A stretch of 64,000 nucleotides of DNA from Holosporaceae bacterium (GTDB lineage Bacteria; Pseudomonadota; Alphaproteobacteria; UBA3830). A model generated the notes under the pieces. The model had not been told where the DNA came from, did not search any database, and saw nothing but the letters and a program-made list of their open reading frames with translations. Both the position numbers and the translations under genes were made by a program. The stretch is taken from contig JAISYI010000013.1 of assembly GCA_031269995.1 (NCBI GenBank), positions 179 through 64,178 of the forward strand, given 5' to 3'. Shown in pieces: positions 20,847 to 30,496 of this stretch (positions are counted from its first letter, which is position 1; each line of letters starts with the position of its first letter).

Positions 20847-21878
20847 ATGAAAAGATTTTGCTTGTTGGTATCTTTGGGAATCTTCTGCGAAGTATTTCCA
20901 ATAAACCCAAGTGAGTCGGGGAGTCAGCCTCCGAGAATGAGGAATCTGTGTAAGCAGGTACAGACTCTGGAGAAGGAAATACGTAGGCTAAAATTGCTGC
21001 TAGAATTAATTATTCAAAAGGAAAAGACCCATGCACCAGTTGTGCGTAGCATATACGAAGTTATTAGCAGGTGCTTTACCGTTTTGTTTAATATACAGCG
21101 TTTTTCTAGTTTGTTGGTTCTAAGCCAGGTAGAGGATAAGAATGATTTCATCAAGTGTTCCATCGTTATAAAAAATTTTGCCGCTTATTTTCGGTCCGTT
21201 GGAACGCAATTGAAAAAGAACGTCTCGGAGATAGTAGAATTGAATAGGGATAAGAAATTCACGCAGCGAAAATTGAACGAAGCAAGTGATGCCCACGAGG
21301 AAGCATTAGCCGCCATAGAGAATCTGGTGAAAAAGCTGAATGATGCACGGTTGGAAAACCCCATCCAGGATAACGTCGTGGAGCATCTGGCGAGGAAGTC
21401 GGAGTCATTGGGAGAGCTTGATGCGGAACTGGAGGCCGAAAATGTGATAGGAGTGCTAAGAAATACAAAAGTTGTTACAGAACTCGAGCTTGTCTACCCT
21501 GTATCTGGAAAAATTGTCACGGAATTCGGGGATAAAGATGCAAATAACGAAATGGCGCATTATATAGCCTTTGAAACTTATCCGGATGCTGTGGTAACTT
21601 CTCCAGCCAAAGGATTGGTAGTGTTTGCTGGAAGATTTTTGAACTACGGAAATATGCTGATTATCAGTAATGGGGACTACAGGGTTTTTCTTTACGGCAT
21701 GGATATTCTTTTCGCTTTTATAGGCGATCTGATCGAAATAGGAGATTATGTCGGGCACATGCAAAGTGATCCAGGAACAAGCCCTTTGGTCAAAATGGAG
21801 CTGAGAAAGTTTGGTGAACCGTTGGATCCCAGACATTGGATGTTAGAGACGATCGAAAAAAGGGAAAAGACAAAATGA
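20847..21878 (+). CDS. EnvC-like murein hydrolase activator (coiled coil plus degenerate LytM/M23 domain)
   Basis: Signal peptide, long coiled coil, and a C-terminal LytM fold (PVSGKIVTEFG...GLVVFAG...GNMLIISNGDY). The metal-binding His is replaced (ISNG instead of IxHG). Confidence 0.65.
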   Translation: MKRFCLLVSLGIFCEVFPINPSESGSQPPRMRNLCKQVQTLEKEIRRLKLLLELIIQKEKTHAPVVRSIYEVISRCFTVLFNIQRFSSLLVLSQVEDKNDFIKCSIVIKNFAAYFRSVGTQLKKNVSEIVELNRDKKFTQRKLNEASDAHEEALAAIENLVKKLNDARLENPIQDNVVEHLARKSESLGELDAELEAENVIGVLRNTKVVTELELVYPVSGKIVTEFGDKDANNEMAHYIAFETYPDAVVTSPAKGLVVFAGRFLNYGNMLIISNGDYRVFLYGMDILFAFIGDLIEIGDYVGHMQSDPGTSPLVKMELRKFGEPLDPRHWMLETIEKREKTK

Positions 21879-23347
21879 GGACCAATTTTCTGATTTGCTC
21901 TGTTGTATTACTTTGGTGCTGCTCCTGCGGTATTTTTGCGGGAAGCTCCCCTAAGGAAGCGGCAAGTGATACTGATGCCGTCAAGAAATTGGAACAACAG
22001 TCGGAGAATTTACTAAAAAGCGGAAAAGATGAGCACAAATGTTCGCTAGTTCTTCCAGAAAATATATGTTCCAATGTCCCGCAAGAGATGCAATACTCGT
22101 TTTTTCTGCAGCTAATATGCGGGTTTGTTCGCTCTGAGTATGTTAAAAATCTATCTGAATGCGAGATAACGGAGAAAGCGATTATAGGGCTGCTTTCGTC
22201 ACTGGATCCTCACTCCTCTTATCTGAATGAGAAAGCATTTCTAGCACTAAGAAACCAAACAGATGGGGAGTTTGGAGGACTTGGCATCGAAATCGTCATA
22301 GATGAAGGGTTCATCCGCATTATTTCTCCCGTTGATGATACTCCTGCCTATAAAGCTGGCATAAAAAGTGGAGACGTTATCATATACGTGGATGATGAAT
22401 ATATTAATGGCATAACAGCCGAAGAGGCTTTGGAGAAGCTAAGAGGGAAACCGAAAACAAAGGTAAAATTAAAAATAAAGAGAGGAGATAAACCGCCATT
22501 TGATATCGTTGTCGTAAGGGATATCATAAAGCTTCAGTCCGTTAAGGCGGAAGTTTTGGACAATATCGGATATATTAGAATTTCAACCTTCGACAAAAAC
22601 ACGGCCGACGATGTAAAGAAATTTATTAAAGAGAACAAAAAGTTGCATGGAGTAATTATTGATGTCCGCAATAACCCAGGCGGATTACTGGATGCTGCTG
22701 TAGCAACGGCAAATATTTTTCTAAATGGCGGGCAAATAGTTTCTATCAAGGGGCGCACGAAAGAGAACTCCAAAGTGTATAACGCCGATGATGTGGATCT
22801 TTCCAACGGACTGCCGATAGCCATGCTTATCAACAGTGGGACAGCTTCTGCGCCGGAAGTTTTGGCTGGCGCGCTACGTGATAATAGACGCGCGCTGATT
22901 ATTGGAACGAGGTCCTTTGGGAAAGGGTCCGTTCAAAGGGTGATCCCGCTATCCGAAAAAACTGCCATAAGGCTAACAGTTGCGAAGCACTATACTCCGA
23001 GGGGTAACTGTATCCAGGCCAATGGGATCTTGCCAGATATTCTCGCCGACTGCGCTATAATACAGAAACCGGAGTTGTTTATTATCCGAGAAGAATTGTT
23101 CAACAATGCGTTAGATGCAAATCAGACTGCTAGAAAGCGGTCGGAGGAGCAAAACAGAAAGGCTTTGGACGATCTATTCAAGAGTAGAGACAAAAAAGAG
23201 GAAGAAAGCGACACAGAGTTATTATACCGTAAATTATCCCTCAAAGAAAAGGTAGAAAAGGACTACCAACTAAATAAAGCTTTTGACGCAATACGAGTCA
23301 TTGAAAAATTCCGAAAAAATTGCGAAAAGAAAAGTAATGGGGATTGA
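21875..23347 (+). CDS. ctpA: Carboxy-terminal processing protease (S41)
   Basis: PDZ domain (GGLGIEI...GDVIIYVD) and S41 catalytic region (VIIDVRNNPGGLL, TASAPEVLAGAL, GTRSFGKGSVQ). The start was set at the ATGA overlap with the upstream gene. Confidence 0.88.
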   Translation: MRTNFLICSVVLLWCCSCGIFAGSSPKEAASDTDAVKKLEQQSENLLKSGKDEHKCSLVLPENICSNVPQEMQYSFFLQLICGFVRSEYVKNLSECEITEKAIIGLLSSLDPHSSYLNEKAFLALRNQTDGEFGGLGIEIVIDEGFIRIISPVDDTPAYKAGIKSGDVIIYVDDEYINGITAEEALEKLRGKPKTKVKLKIKRGDKPPFDIVVVRDIIKLQSVKAEVLDNIGYIRISTFDKNTADDVKKFIKENKKLHGVIIDVRNNPGGLLDAAVATANIFLNGGQIVSIKGRTKENSKVYNADDVDLSNGLPIAMLINSGTASAPEVLAGALRDNRRALIIGTRSFGKGSVQRVIPLSEKTAIRLTVAKHYTPRGNCIQANGILPDILADCAIIQKPELFIIREELFNNALDANQTARKRSEEQNRKALDDLFKSRDKKEEESDTELLYRKLSLKEKVEKDYQLNKAFDAIRVIEKFRKNCEKKSNGD

Positions 23348-23356
23348 GAAGAGTTA

Positions 23357-24196
23357 ATGAGGCTGCGTTCGGCGTGGACAATTTACTTCGGTGTTATGAT
23401 CTTCTTCGTTGTATTCGTTGAAGTAAGCCATAGACTTCCCGGAGAATTCTCCGTAAGTTATCAGTATAGGATCTTAATAGATAAACGTCTGGTAGCGGAT
23501 GGGGAGAACAAAAAGTTAGCAACCGAAAAAGGTAAGCTAGCGAAAAGTCTATCTATCGAAAATCCGTCTTTTCCGTCCGAAGCGAGTAGTAACGTCGATG
23601 ATGGTAGGAAAAGGTCTATACGGTGGCAGGAAGAGGCAGCGAGGAGTGGATCGCTACTTATAGTTCTAGTGGACGATGAAAAGGCTATTAGGAACATCGA
23701 TTCTCTTGGAAACAAGAAAGCAATTTTTATCATCCCGCATTACTTGAAAAATTTTAAGGAAGTAGTGAAGAAAATTCACGAGGCTGGCTGTGATTTTTTG
23801 TTACAGATACCGACACAATCATCCACCCCTTCCGGAACTTCTATTGGCCCGTTCCAAGCTAATGCTCCCAACAACCTTGATAAACTATACCGCTTGCTGG
23901 CCGTTGATGATCGGGCAGTCGGAGTTGCTAATATTACACCGACGCTGTTTACAAAATCTATAACTGATATGGAGAAAATTCGCGCAGTTTTGGAAAAAAG
24001 GGGATTAATCTTTTTAGATCTTGCTGATTGTTGCGTCAAGAGCGAGGATGGATGCAACCAATCTCTGGAAAAATCTGCTAAAAGCAGCGTAAATCCGGCA
24101 ATTCTGGCCGAAGAAAAAACCGCAGCAGTGCAAACGCAGGAGCAAGCGGCTGCGCAGATGACGATTGTGACCCTCTCATCGTTGGCTACTCGGTAA
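23357..24196 (+). CDS. Divergent polysaccharide deacetylase (YibQ) family-like protein, catalytic motif degenerate
   Basis: N-terminal TM segment, then a pattern LLIVLVDD...AIFIIP...AGCDFLLQIPTQ...GVANITPTLFT...RGLIFLDL that parallels YibQ-family blocks. Conserved position after envC/ctpA. Confidence 0.5.
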   Translation: MRLRSAWTIYFGVMIFFVVFVEVSHRLPGEFSVSYQYRILIDKRLVADGENKKLATEKGKLAKSLSIENPSFPSEASSNVDDGRKRSIRWQEEAARSGSLLIVLVDDEKAIRNIDSLGNKKAIFIIPHYLKNFKEVVKKIHEAGCDFLLQIPTQSSTPSGTSIGPFQANAPNNLDKLYRLLAVDDRAVGVANITPTLFTKSITDMEKIRAVLEKRGLIFLDLADCCVKSEDGCNQSLEKSAKSSVNPAILAEEKTAAVQTQEQAAAQMTIVTLSSLATR

Positions 24197-24371
24197 AGAA
24201 GTGGGTTTTAGGCTAAAGTGATAAAACGATCGAGGAGAATGTATATTGTCCATATTAATAATTATTCTAGCGAAAAACATTTAATATATTCAGAGATTTC
24301 TTCTCAATAATTTGGTGGTGTAATTCTACGCAGGTTATATTAGTATATTCCGCATAGATTCGAGAGTATCC

Positions 24372-25754
24372 GTGGAAAAGTTTGATTTGCAAAGATTGTC
24401 AGGGGCGGATGTACTCCCAATAGTGGAGGGTGGTAAGGGGATTTCGATATCTAACGGAGAAACCTGTGGAGCCTGGGCCGCAGCCGGTGGTGTGGGTACG
24501 TTTTCAGCTGTCAATGCAGATTCTTACAATGATGATGGTAACGCCATTCCTCAAGTTTATCTCGAAAAACTACGCACAGAGCGGAGGCGTAAATTAGTCG
24601 ATTACGCAGTGGCCGGCGGCATAGCTCAGGCCAGAATCGCCCGCGAGAGATCCAATGGTAAAGGCAGAATCCATATGAACGTACTCTGGGAAATGGGAGG
24701 CTGCGAGGAAATTCTTACACGCATTCTTGAAGAAGCGAAAGGATGCGTGCACGGCATAGTCTGTGGAGCTGGTATGCCCTATAATCTGGGGGAAATAGCC
24801 GGGAAGTTTGGCATCTACTACTACCCCATCGTCTCTTCGGCGAGAGCCTTTTCTGCGTTATTTCGCAGGGCCTTCAGAAAGGTGAAGAATTTTCTCGGAG
24901 GGGTTGTTTACGAGGATCCATGGTTAGCTGGAGGACATAACGGATTATCCAACGCCGAGGATCCTCTACGGCCTATCAATCCATATCTGCGTCTTGTGGA
25001 ACTGCGAAAAACAATGAACAACTTTGCTCTAGACATTCCCATAATCATTGCTGGCGCGGTCTGGTGGTTATCCGAGTGGGAAGACTACATGAGCAATCCA
25101 GAATTAGGATCAACCGCTTTCCAATTTGGCACAAGATCTATTCTAACAACTGAATGTCCTGTAGCCAAGGCCTGGCAGCCGAAATTAATGGCCTTGAAGA
25201 GAGGAGATGTAGTGTTGACACAGCTAAGTCCTACGGGATTCTATTCCTCCGCCGTAAGGAATCGCCTGATCCAAGATTTGCTCAAACGGCAAGATAGGCA
25301 GGTGGATATCGTTGATCCATCCTCGCCCTCTTGTCTAACCGTGGAAGTTTTCGGTCGTGCAATTCCAATAGATGTGCAGCAAGAAAAAAGAGTTGAACGC
25401 TGGATAAAAGACGGATTTTCAACGGCAATGCGAACTCCTTCCAATACAATTATTTTTGTGACTCCGGAGCAAGCACAGAGCATTCTGCATGATCAGAGAA
25501 ATTGCTGCGGTTGTCTGAGCGCATGTCGATTCAGCGGTTGGTGTCAACACAAAGGATCAACTGGAAAAATTCCAGATCCACGCAGTTTTTGTATTCAGAA
25601 AAATCTCCAGATTGCAGCGCACGGTGGTAACCTTGACGATAGTTTGATGTTTGCGGGTCATATGGCCTATCGTTTTGGAGAGGATCCATTTTATGAGAAT
25701 AATTTTATTCCCTCAACGCAGCAGTTGGTGGAGCGCATTTTGACCGGGTACTAG
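24372..25754 (+). CDS. Nitronate monooxygenase/FabK-like FMN oxidoreductase family protein with Cys-rich C-terminal extension
   Basis: TIM-barrel NMO-like blocks (PIVEGGKGISIS, GIVCGAGMPY, PIIIAGAVW). About 100 extra C-terminal residues contain NCCGCLSACRFSGWC. GTG start. Confidence 0.45.
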   Translation: MEKFDLQRLSGADVLPIVEGGKGISISNGETCGAWAAAGGVGTFSAVNADSYNDDGNAIPQVYLEKLRTERRRKLVDYAVAGGIAQARIARERSNGKGRIHMNVLWEMGGCEEILTRILEEAKGCVHGIVCGAGMPYNLGEIAGKFGIYYYPIVSSARAFSALFRRAFRKVKNFLGGVVYEDPWLAGGHNGLSNAEDPLRPINPYLRLVELRKTMNNFALDIPIIIAGAVWWLSEWEDYMSNPELGSTAFQFGTRSILTTECPVAKAWQPKLMALKRGDVVLTQLSPTGFYSSAVRNRLIQDLLKRQDRQVDIVDPSSPSCLTVEVFGRAIPIDVQQEKRVERWIKDGFSTAMRTPSNTIIFVTPEQAQSILHDQRNCCGCLSACRFSGWCQHKGSTGKIPDPRSFCIQKNLQIAAHGGNLDDSLMFAGHMAYRFGEDPFYENNFIPSTQQLVERILTGY

Positions 25755-25796
25755 GCAGACAGTAAACGGCGTTGAAGCATATAGCTGGAGTGCTAC

Positions 25797-26582
25797 TTGG
25801 AAACGAGGGTAAGGTTAGCCAAAAGGATAGCGGAATGCGGCATCGCGTCACGGCGGGAAGCAGAAAGGCTGATAGAGGCAGGGCGCGTAGCCGTCAACGG
25901 TCAAATTATCGCGACTCCAGTGTTTTTTGTTAATGATCTATCTAAAATATCCGTCGACGGAAAAATTATTGATAGAAAATCTGAGAAAATAATTGTCTGG
26001 AAATTTTACAAACCACGCGGTGTGCTAACTACCAGAACAGATCCCCAAAATCGCCGAACTGTTTTCGACTTTGTAAACAAAAAGACAATGGGAGCATGTG
26101 CAGATCAAAGGCTTCTCTATGTGGGGCGACTTGACTACACTTCCGAAGGTCTGCTTCTCTTCACCAATAGTGGAGATATTGCTAGGAAGATGGAACTACC
26201 TAGTACTGGTCTAAAAAGAGTCTATAGAGTCAGAATTTTCGGCCATCTTTCTAAAGAAAAAATTCGAGCTTTAAAGAACGGTATTACTATAGATGGCATC
26301 AGATATGGCTCAATAAGCGTGAAAATAGACAACTTTGATGGTGATAGTAACAATGCCTACTCCAAAAGAGCGAATTTTTGGACTACGATCACACTTAATG
26401 AGGGAAAAAACCGCGAAATTAAAAAGGTAATGAAATATTTTGGGTGCCGGGTGAGCCGATTGCTTCGGATCAAATATGGCCCGTTTTCTCTTGAAAATCT
26501 AGTACCTGGGACTGTACAACAGGCATCTGGGCGCGAGATTGACGCATTATTGGAAATGCTCATCGGTGCTACAGGTTCATAA
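25797..26582 (+). CDS. Pseudouridine synthase, RsuA/RluB family (S4 domain plus catalytic domain)
   Basis: S4 motif RLAKRIAECGIASRREAERLIEAGRVAVNG, catalytic GRLDYTSEGLLLFTN, and NREIKKVM. Confidence 0.85.
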   Translation: METRVRLAKRIAECGIASRREAERLIEAGRVAVNGQIIATPVFFVNDLSKISVDGKIIDRKSEKIIVWKFYKPRGVLTTRTDPQNRRTVFDFVNKKTMGACADQRLLYVGRLDYTSEGLLLFTNSGDIARKMELPSTGLKRVYRVRIFGHLSKEKIRALKNGITIDGIRYGSISVKIDNFDGDSNNAYSKRANFWTTITLNEGKNREIKKVMKYFGCRVSRLLRIKYGPFSLENLVPGTVQQASGREIDALLEMLIGATGS

Positions 26583-26664
26583 TACAATGAGATTCAATAT
26601 ATAAATATTTTCAGTAAGATGCTGGATTCGTTATGATTTTTTTAATCATTCTTATGTTTTCATT

Positions 26665-27615
26665 GTGTTTATGGATGATGGTGGAAAGTCTCCGAAGGTT
26701 GCCGTTCTTATTCCGTGCTATAATGAAAGCCGCACGGTGGCGGGAGTAGTATCTGAGTTTCGGAGGTACCTGCCAAAAGCGAGTATCTATGTCTATGATA
26801 ATTTTTCCGAGGATGGCACCGCAAAAGCGGCTAAACAGGCCGGAGCTTCTGTCAGGTCGGTTATTGCGCGTGGAAAAGGCAATGTTGTGCGACAGATGTT
26901 CTATGCAATCGACGCAGATATCTATGTTATGGTGGACGGTGATGCTACCTATGATGCCGCGGATGCTCTCCGCATGGTGGATACTCTCGTCGAAGGGAAA
27001 TTGGACATGATTATCGCGGTTCGGCGTGAACGATCGGAATCCGCCTACAGGAACGGTCATAGATTTGGAAATTTTGTGTTCAATTCCATTGTAAAGCTAC
27101 TATTTGGTAGTACATTTCGAGATATTTTTTCTGGATATAGAATTTTTTCAAAAAGATTTGTAAAAACATTCCCGAGTATGAGCAATGGTTTTGATATAGA
27201 GACGGAGCTAACTATTCATGCTCTAACGCTAACGCTTCCATGCGCGGAGATGGAGTCTGATTACTTCGAAAGGCCTAAAAATTCCTATAGTAAACTGAAA
27301 ACCTGCAAGGATGGATTTCTCATCCTGATTCGCATTATAAGACTACTGAAAGAAGTCAGACCTATGTTTTTTTTTGGCGTAATTGCACTAATATTGTTTC
27401 TGCTTTCAATCGGCATATCCTATCCAATTCTGCTTACATTCATTCAAACTGGACTCGTACCAAGACTACCAACAGCAGTCTTGGCCACTGGAATAGTGCT
27501 CGCATCTCTTCTTAGTTTTACCTGTGGAGTTATTCTGGAAAGCGTCAGTCAGCTGCGCATTGAAGTAAAAAAACTTCATTACCTGCAAATCAAACACGCA
27601 AATAATGAATTTTAG
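26665..27615 (+). CDS. Family 2 glycosyltransferase with C-terminal TM segments
   Basis: VAVLIPCYNES, YVYDNFSEDGT and a DGD motif, with two C-terminal TM helices as in polyprenyl-phosphate sugar synthases. Confidence 0.75.
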   Translation: MFMDDGGKSPKVAVLIPCYNESRTVAGVVSEFRRYLPKASIYVYDNFSEDGTAKAAKQAGASVRSVIARGKGNVVRQMFYAIDADIYVMVDGDATYDAADALRMVDTLVEGKLDMIIAVRRERSESAYRNGHRFGNFVFNSIVKLLFGSTFRDIFSGYRIFSKRFVKTFPSMSNGFDIETELTIHALTLTLPCAEMESDYFERPKNSYSKLKTCKDGFLILIRIIRLLKEVRPMFFFGVIALILFLLSIGISYPILLTFIQTGLVPRLPTAVLATGIVLASLLSFTCGVILESVSQLRIEVKKLHYLQIKHANNEF

Positions 27616-27712
27616 ATAATTATCTGTAATGCGGTGTAAACAACGAAATTTCAATGAGTGCCCGCATGTTAATTTGACATATTTAGACTTCTCTTTGTTT
27701 AAAATGAGCAAC

Positions 27713-29080
27713 TCATGTAGTTACTTGTGGACGCTTCCTTTTGCAGGGACAGTCTCCGATATCATCTGCCTCAGAGGATCTACTGTCTCTTGCTTGCATG
27801 ACTCGCAAATACTCGAGTGGCGACACTGCCAGCAACAGATTCGGTCGCTTTTTGGAGAAACCGTACCCAATCGTAAATGGAAGGGGCTTCGGGTGATTTT
27901 TTGCAAAAAACTCTATCAAATCGTTTTGCCGGTAGGAGTTAAAAAATGCGAGATTGGGACCAACATATTTTCCGAAAGGATACATTTTCCACTCAGGGCT
28001 GAAGCGAGCGAATCGCAATCCCGTATCATCTTGAAGAATCGCTCCGGAGTGCATTAGGATAAAGGTTGCAATCTGAGAAGCGCCTTGATCATGCAGCACA
28101 TAGGATGCACTTTTTATAAAAGTAATGAAAGCAAAATTTCGCATAAAATTCTTCAAATAGGAGAGTTTCTTATTTTCGTTTGCAAGATTTGCTCTTACGT
28201 AGTACATATTTTTCTGTTCTCCGCTTCCTACCAACTGGAAAACAATCTTTACACAATCGATCATCCCTTTCTGCCGGGCTACCTCGTTGCCGTCGGCATC
28301 TATGGATTTATTCTCAATGGAAACTATTGCATGTCCATTTCTAACTAACTCTATCAGTATCAGATAGAGGGCTCCACGAATGCTTTGATTTGAGAGCTGA
28401 GTCATCATCTGCGAAGTGATAAAATATCCTTTTTCTAGATAATGGGAAAAAGCAATCTTAATAGCATTTAGTGCTGCATTATTTTCTATATTTTTCCTTA
28501 TATCTTCGAAGTTGCCAATTGGCTCCAGACCTACGAGCACATAATTCTTCATTTGAGGAAAAAGTTTTACCGGATAGAGAGCGTCTGGCCCTCCAAACGG
28601 ATAGAACAAAGTATTCGAGCCACCCAAATGTGGGGTGATGTTTATGAGAGCCCACTCGGATATTTTTTCTAAATTCAGGCCTTTCCAGGCCTTATCCATG
28701 CGTCTTGCATGTAATCTGCTTGCTGGATCATTTAAGGTGCGATCAATGTAAAGTCCTGCTAGTATTCTGGCAATTCTATCGAAGTCGCCTAATGGTGGAG
28801 CAAACAGCGCTGGGTCTACTTTTCGTGGCTTTGACGCGGAAGCGCGTATTGTGAGCACGTTTTGCCATATCAGTCCCTGTATCAGATCCTTTATTTGCGA
28901 TGATATGCTATATAATTGTGAGTCTTCATAGATCGAAGTGGACTTGCCTGTATCTGTAGGTTGTTCATTCAAGAAGACCGCTAACAGGACATCATTATGG
29001 CAAAAAGCAACAAAAACACAAATTGTCACTAGTCTGGACAAGCTTACTTTCATAAAAAACCTACTAAGGACATCTAACAC
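27713..29080 (-). CDS. Hypothetical secreted/membrane-anchored protein (orphan)
   Basis: A long ORF with an N-terminal hydrophobic signal-like segment (MKVSLSRLVTICVFVAF; the likely start is 29053). No family recognised; an FYPFGGPDALYP motif is noted. Confidence 0.55.
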   Translation of the reverse strand: MLDVLSRFFMKVSLSRLVTICVFVAFCHNDVLLAVFLNEQPTDTGKSTSIYEDSQLYSISSQIKDLIQGLIWQNVLTIRASASKPRKVDPALFAPPLGDFDRIARILAGLYIDRTLNDPASRLHARRMDKAWKGLNLEKISEWALINITPHLGGSNTLFYPFGGPDALYPVKLFPQMKNYVLVGLEPIGNFEDIRKNIENNAALNAIKIAFSHYLEKGYFITSQMMTQLSNQSIRGALYLILIELVRNGHAIVSIENKSIDADGNEVARQKGMIDCVKIVFQLVGSGEQKNMYYVRANLANENKKLSYLKNFMRNFAFITFIKSASYVLHDQGASQIATFILMHSGAILQDDTGLRFARFSPEWKMYPFGKYVGPNLAFFNSYRQNDLIEFFAKNHPKPLPFTIGYGFSKKRPNLLLAVSPLEYLRVMQARDSRSSEADDIGDCPCKRKRPQVTT

Positions 29081-29171
29081 CTCCTATTGTACAGGAAAAA
29101 TATTATACATAACGTTAATTTTCGCAGCACGCTAAAATAACAATTCTAGCCAATTTAATATGAAGCCACGC

Positions 29172-30302
29172 TTAGGATGTGTTAATGTCGGAACACGCGA
29201 ATTCTCCTTTTCCAAACTGTGGAAGGGAATTACATTGGAAAAATCGTAGCAGCTGGCAATCTCGAAAATTTATAATAATTTGCCTTTCCCAAACCGAAGG
29301 ATAGCCAAAGTAGACGTGGCTGGCACGTATATACTGGTATTGCTCCCAGGTATAGGTCGCTTCACAGAGTGGATCCATAACCAATTCTCCGTTGCTGTCT
29401 TCCACCAGTCCATACATCGTATAGAATTCCTCATCGTTTGAGAAATACGAGACAAGCTTTTCCACCTGTTCCGTGGAGATGTTGGATGGCAAATACTTAT
29501 ACAGACGCCGCCGAATGCAAGTCTGAGAGTTTACGCGTTTTTCACTGATGATTGCATTGCAAACCTTGTGATACCAGTGTAGCATTTCATGAAAGATAGT
29601 CCCACTGAACTGATGCTTACATATTGAACAATCGATGGCAGAGATAAGGATATGATCCGAGGAGATCAGGTTCAGTACATAGTGCAGAGTACCGTAGGAA
29701 GACTGATTTGCCCCGCCAGCCTTAGTGAACAAAAATATCGCGCGCTGTGGTTTATAAAGCAGCGTCTTATACTTGGTTAATAATGAACGAAGAAGTTGAC
29801 AAAAGACCGGCGAATCCGTCATAAGGTAGAGAATTTCCAGCAGATCTTTTCTACGAATTTCCTCGATATGCTCTGATTGCAGGTGAAGACCGCCGGTTTT
29901 GCTGGTCAGTTTCAGTATTACTCCTCCGTCGACGGGGAGAAAATCCTCCACAGGATCCACGCAGGTTTTTACAAAATCATCCACCAATTTTCGGCGATTT
30001 TGTTCCAATGTTTTCGATGAATTCCAGGTATTCTTAATGTAGTATTCAATTTCTCTGTCATTTAATGCTGATGCTATTCGTAGCTTTAACGGTGAAACCT
30101 TATCCTCAATAAGGAATAGAGGGGAGTGCTCATCAATTCGCTTATTTGTTAGTAGAAAGTGAGATCGAGGCTCTTTTTTGGGCGTGTATGATAATTCTGT
30201 TAAATAATTATTCGATTTGAAAAGTATATTAAACAATATAGAAAATAAAATAATCGCTAGAACGCTAAATTTTAAGAGTTTTTTCCTATTTGCACTAACC
30301 AT
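29172..30302 (-). CDS. Hypothetical membrane-anchored protein with HExxH zinc-metalloprotease-like motif
   Basis: N-terminal TM anchor (LLKFSVLAIILFSILFNILF). HEMLH motif within TIFHEMLHWYHKV, with acidic NDEEFY downstream. No family assigned. Confidence 0.5.
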   Translation of the reverse strand: MVSANRKKLLKFSVLAIILFSILFNILFKSNNYLTELSYTPKKEPRSHFLLTNKRIDEHSPLFLIEDKVSPLKLRIASALNDREIEYYIKNTWNSSKTLEQNRRKLVDDFVKTCVDPVEDFLPVDGGVILKLTSKTGGLHLQSEHIEEIRRKDLLEILYLMTDSPVFCQLLRSLLTKYKTLLYKPQRAIFLFTKAGGANQSSYGTLHYVLNLISSDHILISAIDCSICKHQFSGTIFHEMLHWYHKVCNAIISEKRVNSQTCIRRRLYKYLPSNISTEQVEKLVSYFSNDEEFYTMYGLVEDSNGELVMDPLCEATYTWEQYQYIRASHVYFGYPSVWERQIIINFRDCQLLRFFQCNSLPQFGKGEFACSDINTS

Positions 30303-30496
30303 AGAAATCTTCTCCCTGCCATGGTGGAATTGTAAAATATTTTTTCCTAAAAGTAAACAGGCTGTTTCTTTTGAAAGACTTGACCTAATACGTCTATTTT
30401 AATTTTCCTTATAAAGGCTTCATTCTAACTTAGGAAAAACTACCTTTATAAATCCAGTATAGAATACTACAATTAAGATCGAGAAAGTTAAAGAAC

